A DNA stretch of 64,000 bases from Lama guanicoe (taxonomy: Eukaryota). A program made the position numbers and the translations under genes. The stretch covers positions 1,358,974 to 1,422,973 of the forward strand of contig MU053379.1 in the NCBI GenBank assembly GCA_013239625.1, given 5' to 3'. Below, piece after piece: positions 24,141 to 36,310 of this stretch; position 1 is the stretch's first letter; every line of letters begins with the position of its first letter. The notes under the pieces are model-generated. The model was not told the origin of the DNA and did not search any database. It was given only the letters and a program-made list of their open reading frames with translations.

Positions 24141-24481
24141 GCAGGGGTGGAAATGCTGAATTCCATTTTCAGTCTGTTAACTTGGTGACGTCTGTGGTTC
24201 ATGGAAGTGGAGAAGCCAAGGGGGCGTTTGGAAGCACAAGCACAGAGGAGGTGTCGGGAATGGAAGTGAGAATGTGAGACTCAATAACGCGAAGGTGTAG
24301 TTCAAAAAGATGAGGATGGAGAGTTAAGCTAGAGAGCAGAGGACCATGAGCCGTGAAGGAACCTCACACTCAGAAGTAGGGTGGAGATGAGCGGGGAAAG
24401 GAGGGAATTCAGGATAGAGTGGCCATTTAGACGTCAAGCGAGAGCGTGTACAGGGGAGGAGGAGGCCACCAGACGAGGTGC

Positions 24482-25635
24482 TGTTGGGTGATTTTACCTC
24501 CTGATGTTGACCTTTTGAGTCAATAAATATAAAAAAGAACCCTGATTGGCTTGACCCACCCATCTGCCCCAACCCTCACCCCATTTAAGAAACCAGCCTG
24601 CTCTCCTCCACCAGCGAGCAAGGGCAACTGTCACTTGTTCTTGCTGTCTTGCATTACAGCACAAATCCTCATAAAGCCTTGCCTGAGTTCCTCATCTGGC
24701 CTCTCATCAATTTCTATTTATTAAAGGGTCCGAGGACCCGAGTCACTAACAGGGGGATGTCAGAGTGACTTTCCTGCTTCTGCTGTTTTCTTAACGTCCT
24801 TAAACCCCACTTACCGAATTGAAACTTGAGGACAGAGTTTTGGATGAAGTAGAAAAGGCAGCTTTATTTCTTTGCCAGGCTAAAGAGGCCACAGTGGGCT
24901 AATTCCTCTAAGTCTGTGAGCCTGCTGGGGAGAGAAGGCAAGAGGTTTTATAGTAAAAGTCCAAGTGTTCAAGGGACGGAGCTAGTTTCTGCAGAGATCG
25001 CAGAGATCGCATATATATAAGGTAACAAACTGTTGCAAAGTTGTTCTTGTTTTTGCAGATGGCAGCAATCCCCTTCCCTCTGCTGGGTATGAAGTTCACC
25101 TCTGGCATTGGGACTCTTTTAATATTCTTGTGCCTAGAACAAAGGATGCAGAGGAAGGTGCTCTGGAAAAGAGCTGTAGAGAAAAACTTGTGAATTTAAA
25201 GTCAGGTTGATAAATCCTTTTAACCTTTTAAGCAGGCTGAGCCCTGGGATCTCCTGCTGCAGGCTGAGGCCTGCAGCTCAAACAACAGGATACAAGGAAA
25301 CCGCAAGGGGTCAAGAGGAGGGCACTGAGGTTAAGAGCAGGGCATTGGGGTTAAGAGCAGGACACTGGGGGCGAGAGCAAGGCACTGAGCGTGATCCCTG
25401 CACACAGCACCATGATAGGGTTGGGTCAACCACCCAAGACTCCCTCCTCTTTAGCCCAACCCTGGTCAGCAAGAGCAGGAGAAAAACCCTTTAAACTATT
25501 ACACAGTTAAGTAGGTACAAACGCCATTACAGATATCAGATGGTCACCAGTGATGAAAATGGGCTTCTGCTTGGTTACAAAAATACTCACTATGCCAAGG
25601 TGCCATATTTGGAGTAGTGGGTTCTAAACCCACCA
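24482..25635. mobile_element. Cluster of nested ERV LTR fragments (a ~270 bp TG...CA unit at ~24482-24750, then an antisense LTR/internal piece from ~24810)
   Basis: TGTTGGG...ATAAAGCCTTGCCTGA...CACTAACA; GCAGCTTTATTTCTTTGCCAGGC (antisense polyA signal); ~20-bp repeat unit at ~25321-25390. Confidence 0.55.
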
Positions 25636-26189
25636 GTAGTATTAGACTGTTAGAAGACACACTGAGCGAGGCTTATTTTTTATCAGTGACAGTAATTTGT
25701 TAGGGTAATAATTATACAGTCCTTTGTAGCTTTCTAAGCACGTTTACATAGTCCGTTTTATTAAAATCTCGTTACAGCCCCGTGAGAGGGCTAAGTACTA
25801 GTGTCAGAGGAGGCATTAGAATTACAGGATCGCGTGTCTCTGTACGACCAGGGCATGGCTAGGTCAAATGAATACTTCAACAGTTAAACGGGTATTTTAG
25901 GCAGCAGATCTTCTGTCTGGTTTCTGAGGAGCCACTGAGGCAGAAAGACAATGGAAAAAGAATTTGGGAGGATCTGGGGGTGGAAAAATGGAAGGAGGAA
26001 GACAAGATTAGGATTTGGGACAAAGCTGGGATCTAGGCATGACTGGCTCGTAAATCAGGGGATGTGAGAAGAAACCGGTCCAGAAACTGCTGTCTGGGCA
26101 GCTGTGGGTCTGGCAGAGGTGGCAGAGGCTGGGAGTGGACAGGGGGTTGCAGGATCCTAGCCATCAGGTGGGTCCTGTCTCAGCGGTGG

Positions 26190-26980
26190 GTGGGGCAGGA
26201 CCGATGATGGGCGGGGCCTTCTGCGGGGCGGAGCTACAGTAGCCCCGGGTTCGTGTGACCGGAGTGGGCGGGCCCAACCTGTGGTGGGCGTGGCCGGCGT
26301 GCGCGGGCCATCCTCAGGCGGGTCGGGCAGGGCCGGGGCGAGCTTCCTGGTGTCACCCCGAGAGGGCGCCGGCCGCCGCGCCTCCCTCAGAGCCTTGAGA
26401 CCGGAAGCCGCGCTGCGCCGCCCCGCTCGCCACAGCAGCCGCCATGAAGGCCGTGGTGCAGCGCGTCACCCGGGCCAGCGTCACAGGTCAGTCGGGCGGG
26501 GCGGGGCGGGGCGGGAGGAGCCGCCCCTGGCCCCGCGCCGGCCGTTCGCAGCGGTCCCCGGGGGGGTGCCCCCGCGCCCCGAGTCCCCGTCGGCCGGGCG
26601 CCGTCCACGTGCCCGCCCCGGCGCCGCCGGGCTGCACGGCTCCGCTTCGGGCTCCTCGTCGTCTTCATCGGCGCTTCTTTCTGTCCTGAGCACGGGTGGC
26701 GACCCTCCGAGCATCCCCGCGGCGCGTTCCCCGGAGGACTGTCGCACAGACGGCGTGCAGGACGCATTTCCGGAGCGAGAATCCCCCTTTCCAGCCTCTG
26801 CTCTACCCTCCCCTTGTCGCCCATTCCCTCCCTGGCCCGGTTTCCATGGAGCCTGTCTCCCAGGAGGAGGCACAGTCGTGATGAGCTTGCGTCCCAACCG
26901 TGTGCGCGGCCGGGTGCGTAGATCCCCGCGCCCACACCCCCTCCTCAGGGCCGGCCCGGAGGCTAAAGGATTCGGGCGCA
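26190..26980 (+). promoter_or_regulatory. DTD1 CpG-island promoter/exon 1
   Basis: Very CpG-dense; several GGGCGG boxes; CCGGAAG at 26401-26407; Kozak GCCGCCATG. Confidence 0.85.
26444..26486 (+). CDS. DTD1: DTD1 (D-aminoacyl-tRNA deacylase 1) coding exon 1, MKAVVQRVTRASVT
   Basis: Typical DTD N-terminus; donor CAG|GTCAGT; 43 nt, phase 1. Confidence 0.97.
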
Positions 26981-28827
26981 GTGTTTCTCTTTTCCCCCAG
27001 TTTCTCGTGGACCAAGCTGTTAGTCATCCCTTGATCGCTGTAGTCTAGTTTGAACATCAGGGGTCCAGATGATTCATATATAGTCCTTTTAAAAACTCAG
27101 GTCAAGATAATAAAGATGCTGAAATATTTTAAATGGTTCATTTTAGATTGGCTTCTAGTCTTTCCTATTTTTGTTGCCAGAATTCTGATACTGTTTCAGT
27201 TCAAGTCATTCTTCATGCCCTTTCCTGCAAGCCAGTCTATAGCAAATACGTGCTTTTGTGTCCACGAAAGTGTCTGCCTCAAAGCAGAACGACAAGATCC
27301 CCTAAAGCAACAACCAAGCCCAGTAAAACCATATATTTAGATCTGACATTCTGCTTTTCAATCTTGCCTAATGATTCTAAGCTGTTTTGGTAACTGATTT
27401 TGAATATGGTCCTGGAGTAATAGGGAATAGAATAGCTCTGGGATTTATGGAATTTTAAAACAAAGGTTGTTTTGGTTTTTTTTTGTGTGAAGTTTTTTTT
27501 TTTTTTTTAGCTTTTTTTTTAATTTTAATATGTAAGTTCACTGAAGCTGGAAAAATTCATCCATGAAAAGATTTTTTGCTTTTTTTGAGAAGACTCTTGT
27601 AGTCTGTTCTATGTGGTGGTCATTAACAGTGAGCAAACTTTGGAGAATTTAAGTTTTGATCAGAATGGAGAACTCTCCACTCTGATAATCTGGAATATTG
27701 AAAACCTGATTCTTTGAGATTAGCTGAATAGTTTGAATTATTTTAGTTTACTATTTAAATTGTATGCTTTTAGTTAGAAACAACAAATAAACCATCCTGC
27801 ATATTACAAAAGATAAGACTCTTAATTGTGGGAAGATGTCAATAAAATGGAATTCACAGTGCTGGAGGAACCTTCGAGTTAGCCAGGCCTTCTACTTGAG
27901 TTGTAATGGATGGAGAGAGATTTTCTGATTTCTTTAAGATGTGGCTGGCTTCACTGCAGTGTGGCCTTTTGCGGATGATCTTTTATTTCAAGGGTTCTAA
28001 CATGTCACTTCTGATGTTATGAATGGGCCCATGTGGAATATTAGGCGTCACCTATTATGTGGCAGGTGCACTTTGTGAGCTTGGTCAGGCGTGTTTTGAT
28101 GCCTTAGCATGGTTATTGTGATAATCTAATAATCTAATTTTGAAAGCTTTATGACGGGGCATTTCAAACACATTCCTTTGGTTACACAGATTGATGGTAC
28201 AGTAACCCCTGTTGCCCATCACTCAGCATTATCAGCTAAAATCTGGATAAAATCATAGAATGTTGGGAAGAGGTTGGTTGGGTTTGAGTGTGTTAATCTG
28301 AGAGGTGGTGGATTCTTCTCTAAGGAGAGTTCTTGGGTGATGCCAATATATGGCATCAAATAAACATTGACCAAACATCTCAGTTCTTTTCTAGCCTTGT
28401 GATCTTTCGTCTAAAATGGTGATTCTCAGGTTTTTCCCTTGGAAATCCATTTGTCTACAATAAAGTATCTCTTTGAACCTCCTACTTTTACTTCTGCCTG
28501 AAGGAGGGACAAAGCTGCCCCAAAATAAGAGCGTGAACAGTGTCATCAAAAGGCGTCGATGCATAATTTCTTATTAGGACAAAACTCCATTATAAAAATG
28601 TTGAAACTCTTTAAATAGTGATTTATTTTACTTTATTTTTTAATTTTTAAAATTAAAAAAAATTAAGGTATAATGGTTATCTTGTAATAAGGTATAATGA
28701 AAAAGAATATGAAGACAATATATATATGTATAACTGAAACAGATTGTGATTTGAATTACTTCAAATAGTGATTCTACTTTTGAGAATCTATTCTAAAAAG
28801 GTAATTTTAACTATAGACAAAGCTTTA

Positions 28828-29150
28828 GAGAGATGAACAGGCAAAGCGCAGAGATTTCTTAGGGCAGAGAAACTGCTCTGTGTGATACTGTCATGGTGGA
28901 CACATGTCATTATACGTATGTCCAAACCCACAGAATGTACAACACCAAGAGTGAACTCATGTAAACTGTGGGCTTTGAGTGATTCTCTGTCAATGTAGGT
29001 GCATCATTTGGAGCAAGTGTACCTCTCTGGTGGGGGATAGTGATAATGGGGAGACTGCTTGTGGGGCAAGAGGTATATAGGAAACCTCTACCTTCTGTTC
29101 AGTTTTGGTATGAACCTAAAACTACTCTATCCAGGAAAGTATTAAAAAAA
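28828..29150 (+). mobile_element. L1MC-type 3' end
   Basis: GTCCAAACCCACAGAATGTACAACACCAAGAGTGAAC; same family as 16485-16868. Confidence 0.8.
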
Positions 29151-29448
29151 ACCCTCTAGCTTACAAAGATTTTCACCACAGTGTTATTTATTGAAGTGAA
29201 AATTTTGAAATAAGCCGTATATCCAGCCAAATAGGATGGTTAGTCATTCTGGGGGTGGAATGCATCTGCTCCACTGGATGGGATGCAACTATGAAAAGAT
29301 GTTTAGGAAACGCTTACAACGTGGAAGAATCCTTACACAATGCTAAGAGAAAAGACGAGACGCAAAAATTTATACGCAGTATTATTATGGCAGTTGAGAA
29401 GAAATATGAAGTAAAATCTATGAATGGGGAACATCAAAAGGAAATCAG

Positions 29449-29574
29449 AGGGAGGGTATAGCTCAAGTCGTAGAGCAGATGCTCAGCGTGCACGAGGTCC
29501 TGGGTTCCGTCCCCAGTACTTGCATTGAATAAATAAATAAATAAATAAACCTAATTGCCTCGTTCTAAGGAAAA
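29449..29574 (+). mobile_element. Vic-1-type SINE with 13-bp TSD
   Basis: GGGAGGGTATAGCTCAAGTCGTAGAGC...GGTCCTGGGTTCCGTCCCC; TSD AAAAGGAAATCAG at 29436-29448 and 29575-29587. Confidence 0.9.
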
Positions 29575-29710
29575 AAAAGGAAATCAGTAACATATTAAAG
29601 TGCTTGTCTTTGGGTGTTCTTTTTTGTTTCTTATCTTTTCCAAATGACTATGCAATACTCTAATGGTGGGCATAGTTCAATCATTTTTTATGCTTTTAAA
29701 ATATACTCTT

Positions 29711-29855
29711 GGGAGAGGGTATAGCTCAAGTGGTAGAGCGCATGCATAGCATACACAAAGTCCTGGGTTCCATCCCCGGTGCCTCCTCTAAAAATAAATT
29801 ACATCCTAATCACCCCCCCAAATTAAAATAAATAAAATAAAATAAAATAAAATAA
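29711..29855 (+). mobile_element. Vic-1-type SINE with (TAAAA)n tail
   Basis: GAGGGTATAGCTCAAGTGGTAGAGCG...CCTGGGTTCCATCCCC; flanks AAAATATACTCTTGGG / AAAATATACCCTGGG. Confidence 0.9.
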
Positions 29856-31052
29856 AATATACCCTGGGAAAATTAAAAAAATATAGTGACATTGTAAGAA
29901 AATAATATTGATTTACTTAAAGAACAAATAAAGCCAGATTTTTCTAAAGCAACGCAGACAAGCAGACAGCCCAGTGTTTACGCTTCTGTCAAGATAGATG
30001 ATTTCAGTTTCAACTTTTGAGTCAGTGGCTCAAAGGACAGTAAATTGCTCGTAGTTCATTAAAAAAAAAAAGCAGCACATTAGAAAATACTAAAATATTT
30101 GTTTATTTTAGCATAAAAATAAGAGAAATTAAGCTTTAATAAGAGTTATTTCAGGAATCAGTTGATGCTTGCTCCCCTGGTCTCTGATTATCAGGTCCTT
30201 GTCAGATGCCTGAAGGAAGAGGAGTGTCTGGCTCTTTCCTTAGCCTGCAGGATGTGGCCACACAGTACAGTCTGTGATGCCATGTCAGGTGTATTTATGG
30301 CCATCATTATCGAGCAGAAACAAACAACAAGAAAATGGCAGAGTTAACCCTTCTCCTGATTGGAACATTAGGTCAGTGCACCATGAAATGACATCAATAA
30401 TCTAATGAGCTTTGGCAAAAAGTTAGCCGAAAAGTTGAAAATTATGAAGATCAACATTTGAAATATGGATTTAGTTTCATCACCACAATGATTTTTCTTG
30501 GCCTAAGTACTGTGCCAGCAATAAGATACCGTCTATGGTAGTAGAGTGTACATTTGACTCTAAATCCATATGCAGATACTTGGAATAGGAGTATATGTTT
30601 AGAGATTTTCTTTTATGGATGGGGTATATCGCTCAAAAAAATGTGGAGATTATGGGCTGAGAATGCAACTTTAGTGAAAAACTGGGAAATAACAGAGGTT
30701 TGCTGACTTGCAGTTTAACTTTTAAACTCTTGTTTTTATGTATGATGTACCTATCTTTTCTGCAGTAAGTAGAGAAATCGTTTATTTTTATGACATAAAT
30801 GCTTTCTGTTTTGCACTATGTATTATGTTACCAGATTAGCTGATTTCCAAGAAAAGCAGGCATCTCCTTTCTGAGAACGAATATAGCTGAGCTGGATTTG
30901 GAGAAGGGAACTGCCATTTTTACAGATGGGCAAACTCCAGCAGGGAAAGTTTCCGCGTCTTACCAAGCAAACCAGATGAATACGCCCTGAAATCCTGCCT
31001 AATGCTTGTTCACTTCACAACTCACTCATTCCAGATATAAAATCAGAATGGA

Positions 31053-31143
31053 GAGGATGGAGGTATAGCTCAGTGGCGGAGTGTGTGCTTAGCGTGCACA
31101 AGGTCCTGGATTCAATCACCAGCACTTCTACTTAAAAAAAAAA
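31053..31143 (+). mobile_element. Vic-1-type SINE with TSD
   Basis: GGTATAGCTCAGTGGCGGAG...CCTGGATTCAATC; TCAGAATGGA at 31043-31052 and 31145-31154. Confidence 0.88.
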
Positions 31144-31335
31144 GTCAGAATGGATATAAATTTATGATCATCATACCGCACTGATGGAACTCCTTTCATA
31201 TTTCAGTCTCTATTGACTTTGCCAGAGAAGTTACAAGAAGTGTGTGTGATGTTTAAATTTTCCTGTGGTTGCTTCAGAGTGCCGCATGGCACCTATTTGG
31301 TTCTGAGTCTCTTCTCCCTGTTGTTTCCTTTCCAG

Positions 31336-31426
31336 TTGGAGGAGAGCAGATAAGTGCTATCGGACGAGGCATCTGTGTGTTGCTGGGGATTTCTCTGGAA
31401 GATACGCAGAAGGAACTGGAGCACAT
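31336..31426 (+). CDS. DTD1: DTD1 coding exon 2 (VGGEQISAIGRGICVLLGISLEDTQKELEHM)
   Basis: Manual translation; acceptor TTTCCTTTCCAG, donor AT|GTAAGT; 91 nt, phases fit exons 1 and 3. Confidence 0.96.
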
Positions 31427-33160
31427 GTAAGTGCAGGTTTCAGCGTCATTGCTGTTTTAGCGGGGCGTGGGTGGTCATCTGTCTGGCTGGCTTTCTATTT
31501 ACATAAATTATATATGTATATATATTTGTGCGGGGAACTTCCATAGTATTTTGCTCCTATAAAGTGAGCCCCTATCACTTTTATCTGCATCCCATTCGAT
31601 GTAACTTGTTTCCCTTCGTGTCCCAGGTGAGGAGAGCGAGGAGGAGACGTCACCCACTGAGGCAGCGGCGGGGCGCGAGCACAGCCCAGCCTCTGTCCCT
31701 CTTTGCTGCTTCACCCTCGAATCATTCTCTTGATGCAGAAGCCAGGCTTCCTTTCCTATGGGTGTTTTACGTTTTCAATTTGAACACTGTGATCTGGGCA
31801 CTCCTTACGCATTTTACAAATGCCCAGTTGTTCACTGTACACATGGGAATCTGGAGCTCAGACAGGTTACATTACTTGCTAAGGTCATGCATGTGTATTT
31901 AGCAAAAAGCCTGACTCCAAATTAGAACCTAGGCTGCCTGACCTGGAAGCTGGCGCTCTTTCTACCACCATGGGAGGTTCATCCTGCTGTGACCTGACTG
32001 GCTCTGCTAGTCTAGGCGCCCTCCCCGTCCTCAAGTTCACCCTCCCCCCAGCACCACTTACTTCAGATGCTTGGGTCTCTGTATTCTGCCCCTTGGTGCC
32101 CAGAGCCTAGGTGTAACAACGCCCAGTTGTCCCTTTTGTATTGAGTTAAATCCAGACTCGAAACCTAATTCCTGCTAAAGTGTTGATGACTGATAAGGAC
32201 AATTTAGCACTGCTTCACGGACGTTGGTATCTTAATAGCTGTCCGCTGGATATGCAAAGAGGTGGAGTGGTCTAGTGGTTAAAAGCTGGGGCCCTGGTCT
32301 GAACCCCTTTTTGGCTCAAAATGGAGAGCTGGTACTTAACTTGGTGGTGAAGAGATAGGACTCGACATGAGGCAGACCGCGGCTGTGGAGGAGGGGTGGT
32401 GAGTAGTGCCCCGCAGACGGCACCCTGTACGGTGTCAGTGAATGAGTGTTTGTAGAGCCCTTCAACATGTCTTCAGCATCATCCGAAAAGGTGGCTCTCA
32501 AATGGCGGAACTGCAGCTTCCATGCAGGTGGTGCTTGGTCGCTTGTCTCAGATTGCCCTTATAACTGTTACTCAGTCCCCTTCCTTGCCCAGGTGGCCGC
32601 GCCTTGTCATCCATGTGTATAGGGAAAGCCCCTCTGGGCTTAAGGAGCATGTGACATGGTGTCCAGGTGTCCTTCCCTAGATCTTTTGGCATATCTTCAA
32701 GAACCGTGAGTTCTCCAGGATGTTTGCTGTACTGTTCATTCTGAGGTTCCAAGAAAGAGTATAAAGGGGGTATCATTTATCCCAGTGTGAAGTTTGAATT
32801 CTTCTGTAAAAAAATCAGAATTGGGCATGTTTTGACATGTCCTCCAGATTGAAGGCGTGTGTAATAGGGGGTTGTCGCCTTAGCTCTGGTTCTCACCAGT
32901 TGCTGCTGTGAACTAGAGGGGCTGGCAAAACAAAAAAAAAAGGAACTCGCCAATCAACCCTATGAGGTTGGACTGTCATCACCCTATTACAGATGAGGAA
33001 ACTGAGGCATCGGGTACCTTGCCCAAGGTCCCCTCTCCTGTAAGCGACGAAGCCAGCACAGTGTCCTTACTCAGCAGGATGCTGGTGACATTTTGGAGGG
33101 ATGGGGTGTGCCGGGGGCTCGTGACCCTTCAGGGAGCCCTCACTGCTGTTTCCCCCGTAG

Positions 33161-33396
33161 GGTCCGGAAGGTCTTAAACCTGCGTGTGTTCGAGGACGAG
33201 GGCGGGAAGCACTGGTCCAAGAGCGTGATGGACAAACAGTACGAGGTGCTGTGCGTCAGCCAGTTCACCCTGCAGTGCGTGCTCAAGGGGAACAAGCCCG
33301 ACTTCCACCTGGCGATGCCGGCGGAGCAGGCGGAGGGCTTCTACAACAGCTTCCTGGAGCAGCTGCGCAGGGCCTACAGGCCCGAGCTCATCAAAG
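33161..33396 (+). CDS. DTD1: DTD1 coding exon 3 (VRKVLNLRVFEDE...SQFTL...KGNKPDFHLAM...YRPELIK)
   Basis: DTD signature SQFTL; acceptor TTTCCCCCGTAG, donor AAG|GTAGGG; 236 nt. Confidence 0.97.
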
Positions 33397-33544
33397 GTAG
33401 GGGGCGAGGGGCGCCGGCCGCTGCGGGGCTGGGGGAGGACCGCCCGCCGCTGCGCCGCCGGCTGTCCCGGGCGGGTCGCCGCTGAGCGCGCTGCTTACTC
33501 AGGACGACGCTGGGCCGCTGTGCCCGCCTGTGCTTGTCCTCTGG

Positions 33545-33681
33545 TTTTTTGTTTTTTTGCTTTTGTGGAGAGGTAATTGGGTTTATTTATTTACTTATTT
33601 ATTTTAATGAAGCTGCTGGGGATTGAACCCAGGACCTCCTGTATGCAAAGCGTATGCCCTACCACTGACTGTACCCTGCCC
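33545..33681 (-). mobile_element. Vic-1-type SINE
   Basis: GGGATTGAACCCAGGACCTC...CTACCACTGA; flanks CTGTGCTTGTCCTCTG / CTGTGCGCGTCCTCTG. Confidence 0.85.
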
Positions 33682-33840
33682 GGTGCTGTGCGCGTCCTCT
33701 GAACACCCCATCCCGTCTACCTATCTTCATTCTCTGTCCCCATCCGAAATGCCCCACAAGTGGGAGCCCTGTGTCATTTTGAATTTCTAGGAGCCATTTT
33801 AAAAGGAAGGTTAAAGAAACAAATGAAGTTTTGTTTTTCA

Positions 33841-35607
33841 TTTTTTAAATATGTATATATTTTATTTTTATTTTAATTTTTTCCAGTTTTCAGTTTTATT
33901 AGGTAGAATTGTTACAGTTTGACTGCACATATACCATATGTTGCATGTAAATACATATACACAGCATGCTGCACATATTTTTAAAATTTACATATATGCA
34001 CTTTTCATTGTTTCTAAGAACGTTTAGAGCTTTAGCTTTTTAAACTTACATAGTTATTGAAGGAATAAAGCCAACCAGAAAATAAGAATTAATTCAAAAA
34101 AATACATCCACCCCGCTATTAACAGCAATAGTATTTATAATCGCCAAGATATAGAAGCGTTGTAAGAGCACATCAACAGATGAATGGATAACAAAGATGC
34201 AGCATATATATGTCATGGAATATAACTCACCCATAAAAAAAAGGTATGTTCTACCATTTGCAGCTCTTCATTCACTTTTTTTTTCCATTTCAAAAACTGG
34301 AATTTTATAACTGGCATAAACATTTCTGTTGCATCAAAAAGAACAAAATATCTAGAAATAAACTTAACCAAGGAGGTTACCTATACTCTGAAAACTGTAA
34401 AACATTAATGAAGGAAATTGAAGATGATACAACGAAATGGAAAGATATCTTGTGCTCTTGGATTGGAAGAATCAACATTATCAAAATGGCCACACTACCC
34501 AAAGCAATCCACAGATTCATTGTAACCTTTGTCAAAGCACATTTTTCACAGAACTAGAACAAACAACTCCAAAATTTATATGGCACCATAAAAGACCCTG
34601 GTCTTTTTTTTTGGTTTTTCCTCTTCTTCTTCTTTTTTTTTTTTAATTGAGGTATATAGTCAGTTTACAATGTTGTGTCAGTTTCTGGTGTACAGCACAA
34701 TGCTTCAGTCATACATGGATATACATATATTCATTTTCATATTCTTTTTCACCATAAGCTACTACAAGATACTGAATATATTTCCCTGTGCTATACAGTA
34801 TAAACTTGTTTATCTATTTTATATACACCAATCAGTATCTGTAAATCTTGAACTCCTGGTTTATCCTTTCCCACCCCCTCCCTCCTCTTTCTTCTTTTTG
34901 TTCTCTTTTCTTATGATTTGAGAAAGTCCTTTAGCATTTGTTGTAAAGCTGGTTTGGTGGTGTTGAATTCTTTTAGCTTTTGTTTATCTGTGAAGCTTTT
35001 GATTTCTCCATCAAATCTGAATGAGAGCCTTGCTGGATAGTGTATTCTTGGTTGTAAGTTTTCCCCTTTTCATCACTTCAAGTGTATCATGCCACTCCCT
35101 TCTGGCCTGGAGAGTTTCTGCAGAGAAATCAGCTGATAACCTTATGGGGGTTCCCTTGTGTTATTTGTTGCTTTTCTCTTGCTAATTTTAGTACTTTCTC
35201 CTTATCCTTAATTGTCAATTTGATGACTATGTGCCTTGGTGTGTTTCTCTTTGGGTTGATCCTGTGTGGAACTCTCTGTGCTTCCTGAGCATGGGTGACT
35301 GTTTCCTTTCCCAGGTTGGGGAACTTTTCAGTTATTATCTCTTCAAAAATTTTCTCAGGTCCTTTCTCTCTCTCTTCTCTTTCTAGGACCCCTATAATGC
35401 GAATATTAGAGCACTTCATGTTGTCCCAGAGTTCTCTTAAACTGTCCTCATTTCTTTTCATTCTTTTTTCTTTTCTTCTGTTCTGAAGTAGTAATTTCCA
35501 CTAACCTGTCTTCTAGCTCACTGATCCGTTCTTTTGCCTCATTTTGTCTATTCTTGGTTCCTTCTAGTGTATTATTCGTTTCAGTGATTTTATTCTTCAA
35601 CTCTGTT
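33841..35607 (-). mobile_element. Composite L1 insertion: ORF1 fragment joined to L1 3'UTR, then extra sequence containing oppositely oriented L1 ORF2 pieces
   Basis: ORF 35129-35461(-) is L1 ORF1p (NEDSLRELWDNMK...HRINPKRNTPRHIVIKL); 3'UTR and tail ~34602-34880; + strand ORF2 piece [33 protein letters not shown] at ~34330-34600. Confidence 0.8.
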
Positions 35608-36162
35608 TGGGTAAGGAAGCAAGCGAAATTGCTTTTCAAACTGTTTCGTTTAGCCCAGTGTATCCACAACGTCCTGATTTCACCGTGTCATCAGTGTGAG
35701 TGAGATAACTCACACTTCTTTTTTGTACTGAAGTCTCCGAATCCGTGTAGTTTGTGCTCACAGCATCTGCGTTCAGACCAGCTACTTTCCCAGTGGCCAG
35801 TGACCATGTGTGGCTTTCGGCTGGCATTTGGACAGTGTAGGTTTGTGGGAGAATTATGAATTTGAAAGTATTAATCTTTTTAAGAGGGCCCTTCATTTCT
35901 AGTCTGTTCTCATGTTTCAGGGGCACGTTGTGTTGAAGGCGTCCTAGTTTGCCTTTCTTCAAAGTTGTTAAGAGAGCCTGTTTTGCCTCCTTTGGTGACG
36001 CACCTCAGAGTAAGACCTTTCTGAGTAGACTGTCTCCTTCCTAGTCTGACTGCAGCTCCTGCTGGCATGCTGTTTTGCAGACACCTAATAGTTGTTAGTA
36101 GTTAACTCAGCAGTGTTTCCTGTGCTTTAACTTTCTTTCTGGATTAAACAAACCCAGGTCTC

Positions 36163-36310
36163 CTTTTTTTGGTTGGTTGGTTGGTTTGAGGAGGGAGGAG
36201 GTACTTAGGTTTGTTTGTTTATTTATTTTTTAATGGAGGTACTGCGGATTGAACCCAGGACCTCATAGCATGCAAAGCACATGCTCTACCACTGAGCTGC
36301 ACTCTCCCCA
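36163..36310 (-). mobile_element. Vic-1-type SINE (duplicated at 38496-38643)
   Basis: GGATTGAACCCAGGACCTC...CTCTACCACTGAGCT; CCAGGTCTC on both flanks. Confidence 0.88.

Noticed and set aside
25321..25390. ~20-bp repeat array as CRISPR-like
   Set aside because: Eukaryotic context, no spacers; a short imperfect tandem repeat in LTR-derived DNA.
26281..27048. 255-aa ORF and overlapping antisense ORFs at the DTD1 5' end
   Set aside because: Stop-poor CpG island giving low-complexity R/P/G/A translations; the real frame is the 43-nt exon 1.
29449..29525. tRNA genes at the tRNA-like sequences
   Set aside because: All have A-rich tails, often TSDs, and diverged stems, so they are SINEs.
30330..30660. 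Possible hAT/Charlie transposase remnant
   Set aside because: Only a faint resemblance; I could not define terminal repeats or a translatable segment.
33093..33485. 130-aa ORF as a stand-alone gene
   Set aside because: It is DTD1 exon 3 plus in-frame intron flanks.
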